Below, piece after piece: positions 55,901-61,914 of a stretch of DNA of 64,000 nucleotides (the stretch's first letter is position 1; every line of letters starts with the position of its first letter). Source of the DNA: an uncultured Planctomycetales bacterium (GTDB lineage Bacteria > Omnitrophota > Gorgyraeia > Gygaellales > Profunditerraquicolaceae). The stretch covers positions 23,583 to 87,582 of the forward strand of contig CAZOGI010000010.1 of assembly GCA_964579435.1 (NCBI GenBank), in the 5' to 3' direction. The notes beneath the pieces are model-generated. The model ran no database searches. It was given only the letters and a program-made list of their open reading frames with translations, and was not told the DNA's origin. A program made the position numbers and the translations under genes.

Positions 55901-57924
55901 GAAGCAACACCCTCAAGCTCGCGCACAAGAAAGTATCGCCTGCCGAGCACGACGCTCTTATCGCCAATTATTGCACGATCACCTACTGGCACACATTTGA
56001 GGCGGATTCGGACGCGCTCTCCTTCTCCTGCGCGAGCGAAACAGGGGACACCGCCGCATTCACGGTCACCGGCCTGACGACCCAGGAATGCTCTGCTTAC
56101 GATATTACCGATCCTGCCCAGCCGGTCGCCTTTTCCGGGCTCTCCGCGGTTTTCGACCCCGGAACCAACACCTACTGCGTTTCCTTCAAAGACGATATCC
56201 CGGCGGCGCAGGAGCGCCGTTATCTGGTGCTGGCCGACGCGCAAAAGACAGCCCCCGCGGCCCTTTCCTTCGTTGCCGCGCCGGCGCTTGACCTGAGCCT
56301 CGCCGGCAACCACGCCGATTACCTGATCATCACTCATTCCTCTTTTTCGGACGCCCTGGAGCCCCTCAAAAACCTGCACACCGCCCAGGCACTCGACGTG
56401 CAGATCATCGACATCGAAGATATCTATAACGCCTTCGCGTACGGGTTCCCGACGCCGCAGGCGGTCAAGGACTTCGTCAGCTACGCCTACGCGAACTGGA
56501 AAGGGCTCTGCCAAAAAACCTCGCCGCCCCGGGTCATGGCCCCGACGTACGTGCTCCTCGTCGGAGACGCCCACTACGATTACCGCGACAATCTCGGGAC
56601 CGGGCGCAGCATCTATGTGCCGACCTACCTCATTGCGGATCAACCCAATATCGGCGAGACCGCATCCGACAACTGGTTCGCCTGCATGGGGGGACAGGAG
56701 GATACCCTTGCGGATCTCTTTATCGGAAGGCTGCCGGTCAGGACAAACCAGGAGTGCCAGGCGGTAGTCTCCAAAACAATCGCCTACGCGGCACAGGAGG
56801 CCGGGGGAGCGTATACGCGGGCAACCTTCCTGGCCGATGTCGGCAGCGAATTCGAGCAGACCTGCGAGAGCCTCTCCGGCAAACTCTCCGCCGAAGTAAC
56901 CGGGCAAAAACTCTATTTGTCGGACTACCCCAGCGCCGCCTCGTTCGTCTCCGGACTCATCTCCTCCGTCAACAGCGGGACGCTCCTCTTGACCTATGTC
57001 GGCCACGCCGCAACCTATCTCTGGACCGCCGACGGCTCATTCGACACCGACTCCGTCGCCTCTCTGAACAACACCGCCGCCTTCCCGCTGGTCGTTTCCC
57101 TCGACTGCCTCGACGGCTACTTTATCAACCCCCAGGAACAGTACGAATCCCTCGCCGAGACCTTCCTGCGCAAATCCGGCTCCGGCGCCGTCGCCTGTTT
57201 CTCGCCCTCGGGCATGGGCATGCCGTCAAGCCATCTCATACTCGGCACCTATTTCTATAAAGCGCTCTTTGAGAGCGGCTCAACCCATCTGGGACAGGCG
57301 GCAACCGAAGCAAAACTCAATTATTTCGCCAGCACCGGCGCCGCCGGGCTGGACTTGGTGCATACCTATAACCTCTTGGGGGACCCGGCGCTCGCCCTGA
57401 AGATCCCGGCCGCTGCGTCCCAGACCGGCCAGACCGCCGTGACGACGACTGCCGCCGCGACAACTCAAACCGCAACAGAATCGGAATCCGCAACGACAAC
57501 GAGCGCGGAAACAGACGCCTTTACCTCGATCCTCGGCTCGGCGCTGGCCAACGTTGAAGAAGGCAAGAAATGGCGCGACGAAACCAAACAGGCCAAAGAC
57601 CCCCAGGACCCGGCAGAAACATCCGCGGAACCGCAGGGCGTCCTCGCGAAACTGCCGATCCCCAGGATCATCAAAGAGATCGTCAAGAAACAGAAGACGG
57701 CGCTGACGCAGCCAGCCGGCCAACCCGCGGCAACCGGTCTCACCCATGCGGATACCGCGCCGGAGGGAAGCGAATACGCTCAAGACGCAACAGTCCCGGA
57801 GCGTTCATCCGCCGTGCAGCAGAAATCCCCGCGCACGAATATCCTGCGCACCGTCATCGAAACAGTCTGGAAAGCTGTAGTCACCTTCTTCAAAAAACTC
57901 CTGGCCCTGATCCTGGGTAAATGA
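49951..57924 (+). CDS. giant secreted protein: 14 FG-GAP repeats (two predicted 7-bladed propellers) + TSP3-like acidic motif + peptidase C25 (gingipain-like) domain
   Basis: 2657 aa. Signal peptide ...LLCATPHALA. 14 D-x-N-x-D-x-x-x-D / GRAYLYYG units. DADSDGMSDDWE...DSDGLTNLQEYTLGTDP. C25-like ADYLIITH..., YVGHA (His codon 57004-57006), SLDCLDGYF (Cys codon 57106-57108). T/A/E-rich linker and a hydrophobic C-terminal tail. Confidence 0.9.
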   Translation: MKSLPTKKFFRTFLILGITTLLCATPHALAATRFYFDASTAADVTASYDAGWEYQSEAGRYKLNRTKGSSAITIGTQIGPWTAGSANQALDRQYISDPIEAQTISGTVKGQVMSREYNTSDNVNRMYITVKVVSNDGSSVRGTLLALNTYYTNAELISNVTHRNAILANSDTVTNVTAQQGDRILIEIGFGSSTTQTTPEGSCKWGENASDLPENETQTTDGAGWFEFSADITFYTPPKPQFTQKAYQWENDDSTSGVNANSQAAEDNTALTDVRIGQRLTCRMQVENDSTAASSDTVYQLQWENNTDNPGRWFPVGYGTQISYATGLAGLSGASTGTTALCGTPTYTMVAGTWQSGTSQNPPHSMETQRSAEFSFVIDTANAKENKVYRLRLFDKTNAQAFNAYTVYPQLTTVTAANNTLRYSKEPLDAVQNTWRMASYLDETGYDNSASDNSVYDSLPARRLALRAQADLTFTSFDVSQYPTSQMAVGVGDFNNDGYNDLLMGGQRYATYVGRAYLYLGGSPMDSVCDLTMQAGALYTNSYFGSAVAVGDINNDSFDDAVVGNWGYYRMYLYYGSTTMNNVIDMTFTGEATSDYYGYSIGINDVNGDSFKDIVTNAQWWNNGQGRLYVYYGGTTMNNVCDLTINGQGGVHNYPGFACVVEDVNNDSFADILVSSPYYYYSDMRGRAWLWYGGNPMDATCDKTFTGETTGSYFGASGLSIGEVNNDGFKDILIGAYVYSSTKGRSYLFYGATGTSMDITADKTITGNAGDYQGQGEQIVDVNNDDYADLVIGADAFGNSRGVVKIYYGGADMDIVEDLSIATGQTGNYFSQSVNTGDLNNDGAADLIIGANSYPSLTYQGRAWVYYTKPLFAPTQIFAKKNTNNTDYIAFAWKGKTDMAATSDNIIVEAAQQTAMDGTNDETFTGEAGSNFFSNCIALADFNNDHYQDLVLGADGYNSNQGRAYLYYGGTGIVDTAAALTFNCPDTGTNYFAGGGWTVSTGDVNGDLYADLLLGAVGYNTNMGRAFLYLSKRFGLMDGSPDLTLTSPATGTNSFGRNAVGDVNGDGFADMLIGAPSYDTNRGRVYLYYGASTPDATADLVLAGETTGTYFGDRIAVSDVNGDYFSDVLVMAYAYASTRGRAYLYYGGTTMDATCDKTFTGEASNTNFGRSGGIGDIDNDGYGDVVIGANLYATSSGRAYLFWGATNMDVTCDKTFTGETASIQFGQDVSISDLNADSYGDLVVTAYTWNTSQGRAYVYKGASQASFDTTCDLTLSGLTTTDNYGRAARSGDVNNDGFADLVVGAYNYNSGRGRAYLYYGDTVSWVTQATESSLAADTPGWIYAFIDTDPNLYYTPDNWTYWRVYQAPGQDTKILDIDYVQFDFQATAVKLISFWAFGKDEEVQVRWETASESQNLGFNLYRSTSSDGTYTKINAGIISGLGSSLTGKEYSFTDADVSNGRTYYYKLESIEFTGTRVMHGPIEAHPGLDADSDGMSDDWEAHYGLNSADASDAGADRDSDGLTNLQEYTLGTDPTRSGQVSAGASGSGGLTVVSSDSTGITLELRTPGIESRTVTVNKQAYQSLSIPAYAHGYTAISASARMPVKPVMLALPPNAGCSVEILSEETEIFSNYTVEPVTTYTLEADANEEALQSGGFGKTGPLEITVDPAAINTVFYQQDSSYPGERAEVEWVGDLRSQRIACLRLAPLRFNPAKKELTISKVLRVRVTFTQGGAASGNWQLSETAKNARIKIKTEGGGIRRLTWTDLYNAGLTDVIWSDPRLLSMTNLGTEIAIRVKGEEDGIFNFDDYVEFYAREIPAHYDGSSPYAAYAKYSPHNVYFLGFGSSNGKRMETRESSANEGSVSPARFRHTATFEQNDFYWSTRAGGEHADRWFWSPALWEDTSQEYALNLPHVDVDSAAETASVSLVYYPLLYLPQPSETAKATVAHETSATLNGVSLGSDTWQGMQERTIEAEIAHASLITGSNTLKLAHKKVSPAEHDALIANYCTITYWHTFEADSDALSFSCASETGDTAAFTVTGLTTQECSAYDITDPAQPVAFSGLSAVFDPGTNTYCVSFKDDIPAAQERRYLVLADAQKTAPAALSFVAAPALDLSLAGNHADYLIITHSSFSDALEPLKNLHTAQALDVQIIDIEDIYNAFAYGFPTPQAVKDFVSYAYANWKGLCQKTSPPRVMAPTYVLLVGDAHYDYRDNLGTGRSIYVPTYLIADQPNIGETASDNWFACMGGQEDTLADLFIGRLPVRTNQECQAVVSKTIAYAAQEAGGAYTRATFLADVGSEFEQTCESLSGKLSAEVTGQKLYLSDYPSAASFVSGLISSVNSGTLLLTYVGHAATYLWTADGSFDTDSVASLNNTAAFPLVVSLDCLDGYFINPQEQYESLAETFLRKSGSGAVACFSPSGMGMPSSHLILGTYFYKALFESGSTHLGQAATEAKLNYFASTGAAGLDLVHTYNLLGDPALALKIPAAASQTGQTAVTTTAAATTQTATESESATTTSAETDAFTSILGSALANVEEGKKWRDETKQAKDPQDPAETSAEPQGVLAKLPIPRIIKEIVKKQKTALTQPAGQPAATGLTHADTAPEGSEYAQDATVPERSSAVQQKSPRTNILRTVIETVWKAVVTFFKKLLALILGK

Positions 57925-58745
57925 CAACCCGTCTTTTTTGCATCGAAATAGCCGATTATCCCTTCGGCATAGAAGCGCCCGAACCCCTCTGGGGCGCATT
58001 TCAGGAAACCTATCTGCCGTTCCTGAGCGCCCGGGAGCCGCGCTACCGCATCCGCGCCGAGATCGACCCCACCGCGCAACCCGTTGACCTCTGGGAGGGG
58101 ATGACCCTGGATAAGACGACGCTCTCGATCAGCGATGACACCTCGAGTGCGCGTTTCGATTTCAAGACAAAAGAAGGGACGATCCGCCTGAACCCCGCCA
58201 GACTCCTGGTGCCGTTGGGCGCCTTCCTGCGCAATATCGTCACTGTGCTCTTGAGCCTCCAGGATGACGGCCTCCTGATGCATGCCTGCGGGGTCCTGTA
58301 CGAAGAGGAAGCATTCCTCTTCACCGGGCGTTCCGGCGCCGGAAAAACGACGGTATCGCGCGCGCTCGCCCATTTGCCGACGATCTCCGACGATCTTTTG
58401 CTGGTCAAGCCCACCCCCGGAGGATTCGGCGTCTGGCCGCACCCGCGCTGGGGAGACCGCCAGAGCGGATCATTCCAAAACCGGCCGCACCGGATCAGCA
58501 GTATTTACCTCTTGTGCCAGGATACCGGGGTTTTCGTGAAAAGGCTCGGCCCGGCCCGGGCCACCGCGCACCTCTTGACCGTTCCGCACGTCCCCGTCAA
58601 CCGCATCCCCGCCGCGCGCATCCTGGAAAGCACCCAACGCCTGGCGGAGACGGTCCCGGTGTACGAACTGCACTTCCGGCCCGACCCGTCGTTCTGGGAA
58701 AAGATACTGCAGGAGAGAGAAAGGATTGTCGCTGCATGGAAATGA
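57921..58745 (+). CDS. HPr kinase-related (HprK-like) P-loop kinase
   Basis: 274 aa. ATGA overlap with the giant gene stop. MHACGVLYEEEAFLFTGRSGAGKTTVSRAL...ISDD aligns with the HprK C-terminal catalytic core. Confidence 0.7.
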   Translation: MTTRLFCIEIADYPFGIEAPEPLWGAFQETYLPFLSAREPRYRIRAEIDPTAQPVDLWEGMTLDKTTLSISDDTSSARFDFKTKEGTIRLNPARLLVPLGAFLRNIVTVLLSLQDDGLLMHACGVLYEEEAFLFTGRSGAGKTTVSRALAHLPTISDDLLLVKPTPGGFGVWPHPRWGDRQSGSFQNRPHRISSIYLLCQDTGVFVKRLGPARATAHLLTVPHVPVNRIPAARILESTQRLAETVPVYELHFRPDPSFWEKILQERERIVAAWK

Positions 58746-59017
58746 AATCAGCAATCCCGTTCAAGAACGAGAAGACCGCTTCCCGCATCATCCAGGACCA
58801 GGCCGTGATCGTCATCCTGGAAAACCAGGAGACGGTGGTCCTCAACGAGAGCGCCTCGCGCATCTGGGAACTAAGCGACGGGAAACGCACGCTCGGGGAA
58901 ATCGCCCGCATACTGGAAGAGGAATTTTCGGTATCCGCGCAAACCGCCCTGCAGGACGCCGCCGCCTTCCTGGGCGAAGCGGAAGGCAAGGGGATCTTTT
59001 CACTCAACCGCCCATGA
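58742..59017 (+). CDS. PqqD-family protein (stand-alone RiPP recognition element-like)
   Basis: Track ORF 58514 trimmed to ATG 58742 (ATGA overlap); ATG 58736 is an alternative. VVLNESASRIWELSDGKRTLGEIARILEEEFSV...AAFLGEAEGKGIF. Confidence 0.75.
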   Translation: MKSAIPFKNEKTASRIIQDQAVIVILENQETVVLNESASRIWELSDGKRTLGEIARILEEEFSVSAQTALQDAAAFLGEAEGKGIFSLNRP

Positions 59018-60036
59018 CCCCGACCGGCTTCACCGATATCTTTGCGCACAGCATGCGGCAGAACCTCTGCCTGATCGCGCACCTGGAGCTCACCCACGCC
59101 TGCAACCTGCGCTGCCGGCACTGTTACTGCGTCCCCGACGCGGACCGGCCGGAGTGCTCGTTCGGGGAAATCCGCTCGGTCCTGCGGCAGCTCAAAGAAG
59201 CGGGAACGCTCTTTTTGTGCCTCAGCGGAGGCGAACTGCTCTGCAGAGCGGACATCTTCGAGATACTCTCCTGCGCGCGCGCCGAAGGGTTCGCCCTGCG
59301 CCTGATGACCAACGGCACGCTCATCGACGAAACGGCAGCCGCGCGCATCGCAGCCGCAGCCGCGGTTACGGTCGACATGAGCATCTACGCGGCAAATCCC
59401 CGGCTGCACGACGCGGTGACGGGAAAACCCGGATCGTTGCACCTGACCCTGCAGGCAGCAGCGCTCCTGAGGGAACGGGGGATACGCGTCGTGTTCAAGT
59501 TCATCGTCATGAAAGACACCGTCGGGGAATTCAAAAACATCCGCGCGCTCTGCCAAGAGAGAGGGATCGATTTCATCTACGACGTCTGCCTGGTCGAGCG
59601 CACCGACGGCGACGCCCGGCCGCTGCAGTACCGCCTGGACAAAGAAGGAATCAAATCGTTCCTGCGCCGGAACGCGCTGTCTCCCGCGGCATCGCCCGAC
59701 GGGTCGGTTTTGTGCACCGCCGGACTCAACAACATCTTCATCTCTCCGCAGCTGGACGTCTATCCCTGCATCGGCATCCGTGAAAAGATCGGCTCCCTGC
59801 GCCAAGGTTCCCTGAAGGACATCTGGGAATCCGCGCCGCTGCTGCGGAGGCTGCGCACCCTCACCGATGCCGAACTGAACGCCTGCTCTTCCTGCGCGAA
59901 GCGCGCCTACTGCTTCCGCTGCGCCGGCCTGGCGCTGGAAGCGTCAAACGACCTCTGCGCCCGCTCGCCGTTCGACTGCGAAGTTGCCCAGGCGCTCGCG
60001 GAAACCGCACAAAGAGAAAAGGAGACCGTCCTATGA
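59014..60036 (+). CDS. radical SAM enzyme with C-terminal SPASM domain (peptide-maturase type)
   Basis: Track ORF 58726 trimmed to ATG 59014 (ATGA overlap). LELTHACNLRCRHCY. C-terminal Cys array CTAG...YPC...CSSCAKRAYCFRCAG...C...C. Confidence 0.85.
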   Translation: MTPTGFTDIFAHSMRQNLCLIAHLELTHACNLRCRHCYCVPDADRPECSFGEIRSVLRQLKEAGTLFLCLSGGELLCRADIFEILSCARAEGFALRLMTNGTLIDETAAARIAAAAAVTVDMSIYAANPRLHDAVTGKPGSLHLTLQAAALLRERGIRVVFKFIVMKDTVGEFKNIRALCQERGIDFIYDVCLVERTDGDARPLQYRLDKEGIKSFLRRNALSPAASPDGSVLCTAGLNNIFISPQLDVYPCIGIREKIGSLRQGSLKDIWESAPLLRRLRTLTDAELNACSSCAKRAYCFRCAGLALEASNDLCARSPFDCEVAQALAETAQREKETVL

Positions 60037-60194
60037 ACAAGAAAAATCAACCCGCCGCGAAACGACCGTACACCAAACCCGCTATCGCCTTCAGCAAAAA
60101 GATCGAGATCATCTCCGCGGTATGCGATTCCGGCTTCGGCGGACTGAGCAACTGCCGCAAATCATCGACGCCCTGCCTGCGTTCCCGGGCCTAA
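60033..60194 (+). CDS. 53-aa candidate precursor peptide (not in the supplied ORF track)
   Basis: ATG 60033 overlaps the rSAM stop (ATGA), with GGAG 8 nt upstream. Translation: MNKKNQPAAKRPYTKPAIAFSKKIEIISAVCDSGFGGLSNCRKSSTPCLRSRA. GC3-rich codons. Three Cys and several Ser/Thr lie in the C-terminal 23 residues. Confidence 0.55.
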   Translation: MNKKNQPAAKRPYTKPAIAFSKKIEIISAVCDSGFGGLSNCRKSSTPCLRSRA

Positions 60195-60207
60195 GCTCAG
60201 GCGTACC

Positions 60208-61824
60208 GTGGACCGTTCAGACCCCGAGACCGTCTCGCTCTCGCTGGTACGCGACAGCCTCAATGTCCGCGGCGGGACGATCACCCTCACGATCGCCGGA
60301 TCCTGCATGTCGCCGCTGATCCGGGCAGGAGACCGCGTCACCATACGATCGGTTTCTTTCGCTGAACTCACTCCCGGCGACATAATCGCCTTCCAGGACC
60401 GCAACCTGCTCTACGCGCACCGCCTGACCGGCAAAGATCCCCGCACGCAGAATCTGCACACCCAGGCGGACCGGTCATGGCAGACGGACATCGCGTTCTC
60501 CTTTTCCCAGGTGTTGGGAAAAGTGACCGCCGTCTCGAAACAGGGCAGGACCCTGCATCTTGACCGCTTCCCCGGCCGGCAGATCAACCGTGCCTATGGC
60601 GCCTGCCGCCGCCTGCTTCAGGCGATCACGCTCCCCGCGCGAGCGGCGCATGAGGCCCTGCGCCGGAGGCAGGGGACAGAGGAGCGGCAAGCACTCTTTG
60701 CGGTTGTCTCTGTCGCCAGCCGCGGCTTTCTGGAGACCCCGTTCCCGCTGCCGGAGCGCATCGATGAGCCCCTCTTTGGGGAACAGGCGCGCGCCCAAAC
60801 ACTGGCACCCTGGTGCTTTTGCGTACTGCGCGATCGGCAGCGCGACCACGATGTTTTTTCTCCCACTCTGCGCGAAACGCTCAGGCTCGAATATTACGAA
60901 ACCTTTTCCCTGAATGCCCAATCCCTCCCCGGGACACAGGAACTCTTCGCTCACCTGCGCGCCCAGGAGATCGGATTCCTCGTCTTCAAAGGCCTGGTGC
61001 TGGCCCAGGGCGTCTATGCGGATATCGGAGCGCGCCGCCTGGGAGACACCGATATCCTCATCAGAAGGGAGGACCTCTCCCGTCTCGACCGGGTCCTGCG
61101 CGAGAGAGGCTTTCGTTGTCCGGTTCCCCTCACGGCAGTCCCGGAGGCGCCCAACGCGTACCGCAATGCGCTGCTGTATTTGCCTCCCGACGGATCCCTG
61201 CAGAGACCGCTGCATGTGTACTGGCACTGGGTCAATCTCGCCGCGTTTTCCCGGCGCCTCCCCGGGTCGATACGGATGGAACGGATCTGGCAGGACCGCA
61301 TCAAGGTCGACATCGCCGGCATCTGCCTGGAGACGTTCTCCTGGGAACATCACCTCATCTACCTGTCCATGCACGCGCTCGCCCATTCCTATTTCCCGCT
61401 CAGCACCCTTATCGACATCGCCGGGCTGCTGACGAAACGCCGAAAAGACCTCGAGTGGAACGGCATCCTCAAAGACGCCCAGACCTTCGGCCTGGAGCGG
61501 CCGCTCTTGCTTGCCCTCACCCTGGCCCGGGAGATCTGCTCCGCCCCGGTTCCCGCCGCGGCGTTAAGCCGGCTACGGCCAACCCGCCTGAGCTTATTCG
61601 AAAGACGCTTCATCGCAGACGCGCAGCGGTTACGGCTGAAAACGGGAAAAGAGTGGCTCCTTTACCTGGGCATGAACGACACGCCGCTTGAGCGCCTCGA
61701 TTTTATCCTCCGCGCGCTTTTTCCGCCCGCGCACCTTCTTGCCCTCATCCGCCAGCAGCCGCGCGCCGCCCTCGCCGCATCGTACGGGAAACGCCTGGTC
61801 GCGGCAATGCGCAGCGCCTCCTAA
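60208..61824 (+). CDS. fusion protein: S26B (SipW/Sec11)-like signal-peptidase domain + NTP_transf_5-type nucleotidyltransferase
   Basis: 538 aa with GTG start. N-terminal IAGSCMSPLIRAGDRV...GDIIAF...YAHRL...ADRSWQTD...LGKVTAV follows the ER-type SPase pattern. Central KGLVLAQGVYADIGARRLGDTDILIRREDL nucleotidyltransferase motif. Confidence 0.7.
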   Translation: MDRSDPETVSLSLVRDSLNVRGGTITLTIAGSCMSPLIRAGDRVTIRSVSFAELTPGDIIAFQDRNLLYAHRLTGKDPRTQNLHTQADRSWQTDIAFSFSQVLGKVTAVSKQGRTLHLDRFPGRQINRAYGACRRLLQAITLPARAAHEALRRRQGTEERQALFAVVSVASRGFLETPFPLPERIDEPLFGEQARAQTLAPWCFCVLRDRQRDHDVFSPTLRETLRLEYYETFSLNAQSLPGTQELFAHLRAQEIGFLVFKGLVLAQGVYADIGARRLGDTDILIRREDLSRLDRVLRERGFRCPVPLTAVPEAPNAYRNALLYLPPDGSLQRPLHVYWHWVNLAAFSRRLPGSIRMERIWQDRIKVDIAGICLETFSWEHHLIYLSMHALAHSYFPLSTLIDIAGLLTKRRKDLEWNGILKDAQTFGLERPLLLALTLAREICSAPVPAAALSRLRPTRLSLFERRFIADAQRLRLKTGKEWLLYLGMNDTPLERLDFILRALFPPAHLLALIRQQPRAALAASYGKRLVAAMRSAS

Positions 61825-61859
61825 CCCAACTCCTTCAGCGACTGGGAATTAAAAAAATC

Positions 61860-61888
61860 TTGCCCGATCGGATGAATTGTGTTAGAGT
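61860..61888 (+). promoter_or_regulatory. sigma70-like promoter TTGCCC-17 nt-TAGAGT
   Basis: -35 at 61860-61865 and -10 at 61883-61888. The downstream gene has an AAGAGGGG SD 4 nt before ATG 61915. Confidence 0.4.
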
Positions 61889-61914
61889 ATTAAAAATATA
61901 GGTAAGAGGGGACA

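Noticed and set aside
54619-57006. 795-aa minus-strand ORF inside the giant gene
   Set aside because: It is antisense to the C25 peptidase region, which has clear catalytic motifs on the + strand. The translation has no recognisable domains and a biased G/R/A/V composition.
57700-57924. C-terminal sorting signal on the giant protein (PEP-CTERM, LPXTG, T9SS CTD)
   Set aside because: The tail ends ...VWKAVVTFFKKLLALILGK. No PEP motif, LPXTG or beta-sandwich CTD pattern is recognisable, and no exosortase or sortase gene lies in the window. It is reported only as a hydrophobic tail.
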